This document shows positions 58,545 through 59,108 of a DNA stretch of 59,108 bases, piece by piece. This stretch comes from Oscillospiraceae bacterium. GTDB lineage: Bacteria; Bacillota; Clostridia; Oscillospirales; Oscillospiraceae. Made by a program: the position numbers and the translations under genes. A model generated the notes under the pieces. The model worked only from the letters and a program-made list of their open reading frames with translations, was not told where the DNA came from and searched no databases. Numbering within the stretch: position 1 is the first letter of the stretch; each line of letters opens with the position of its first letter. The stretch is taken from contig JAFSMA010000050.1 of assembly GCA_017448145.1 (NCBI GenBank), positions 1-59,108 on the forward strand, read 5' to 3'.

Positions 58545-58630
58545 CAGTTATAACGAGCATCGGATTTGCCCCACAGAATCCATATCAGGCAGATAAAACC
58601 GGCGTGACCGATGGTGGCCACGCCGGTTTG

Positions 58631-58832
58631 AGCCTGTCAAAAAACGGCATAGCCGTTTTTTGACAATGGGATTGCAGTCTACTGCGCGCGCGAATAGTAC
58701 GCCTCCGGCGCACTATTCGCACACTTCGTAGCCTGAGAAGTGAAAAAAGTGACGCGCATGTCGTCACTTTTTTCGGATTTCAATGGTTCGCGCCAGCGGG
58801 CGCGAAATCTGCGCTGCTTTTTTGACAATCTG
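58631..58832. repeat. Full-length ~200-bp MITE-like repeat (family A)
   Basis: TGTCAAAAAA...TTTTTTGACA ends and several internal hairpins; homologous to 9495-9751 and 2257-2312. Confidence 0.88.
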
Positions 58833-58846
58833 AACGCATCCGTGGG

Positions 58847-59108
58847 TCATTCCTCCCCGGATGCGTTCTCTTTTTGTTCGGAGGAGGCGGTTTTTCCCTC
58901 CGTTTTTTTCTTTTTGATATTCTCCTTCAGCTTTTCCCCCATCTCCCGCAGCACCCCCAGGGTCTGTCGGTCGTTGGGGAACAGCCACCGCAGCAGCGCC
59001 ATGGCGATGGCCACCGTGGCCAGCTTCTCCGGCGACACCGGCAGCCACAGAAAGGCCAGGTACGCCCCGCCCACCGACACCATCCACGGGATGCCCCGCC
59101 AGGTGCCC
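58847..59108 (-). CDS. Membrane protein, C-terminal part (runs off window end)
   Basis: Open frame with two hydrophobic segments and a Lys/Glu-rich tail. Confidence 0.6.
   Translation of the reverse strand, partial: GTWRGIPWMVSVGGAYLAFLWLPVSPEKLATVAIAMALLRWLFPNDRQTLGVLREMGEKLKENIKKKKTEGKTASSEQKENASGEE

Noticed and set aside
56861-58570. Classical integron (attC sites, intI)
   Set aside because: No GTTRRRY/RYYYAAC-bounded folded attC and no integrase in the window; kept only as an analogous layout.

Overview
High-GC chromosomal window from a spore-forming Clostridia member, most likely Oscillospiraceae-like (inferred from gene content and codon style). It is mostly housekeeping and sporulation genes: spoIID, tadA, yaaL-bofA, trmB, infC-rpmI-rplT with an L20 leader, nrdR, alr, pheST with a T-box, ireB, lgt and ymfFH. 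It also holds a near-complete lysine-to-butyrate fermentation system: kamBC, a lysine riboswitch wired as an ON switch, kal-kce-kdd-kamA-kamD-kamE, a CoA-transferase pair, and crt-hbd-bcd-etfB-etfA. The most unusual region is 56.8-58.6 kb. There a near-consensus sigma-A promoter is followed by two unrelated, lower-GC genes, each bounded by copies of a short dyad site (38-bp direct repeat, 33/38 identical), giving an integron-like cassette layout with no recombinase in the window. Other points of interest: several families of structured intergenic repeats, a 56-57 bp mini-element inserted twice into hairpins of other repeats, a PheS with atypical active-site motifs, an orphan MazF facing a RelB/RelE-type pair behind alr, and an orphan dockerin-like protein. 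No tRNA, rRNA, CRISPR array or transposase was found. All calls come from reading the sequence; no database searches were run.
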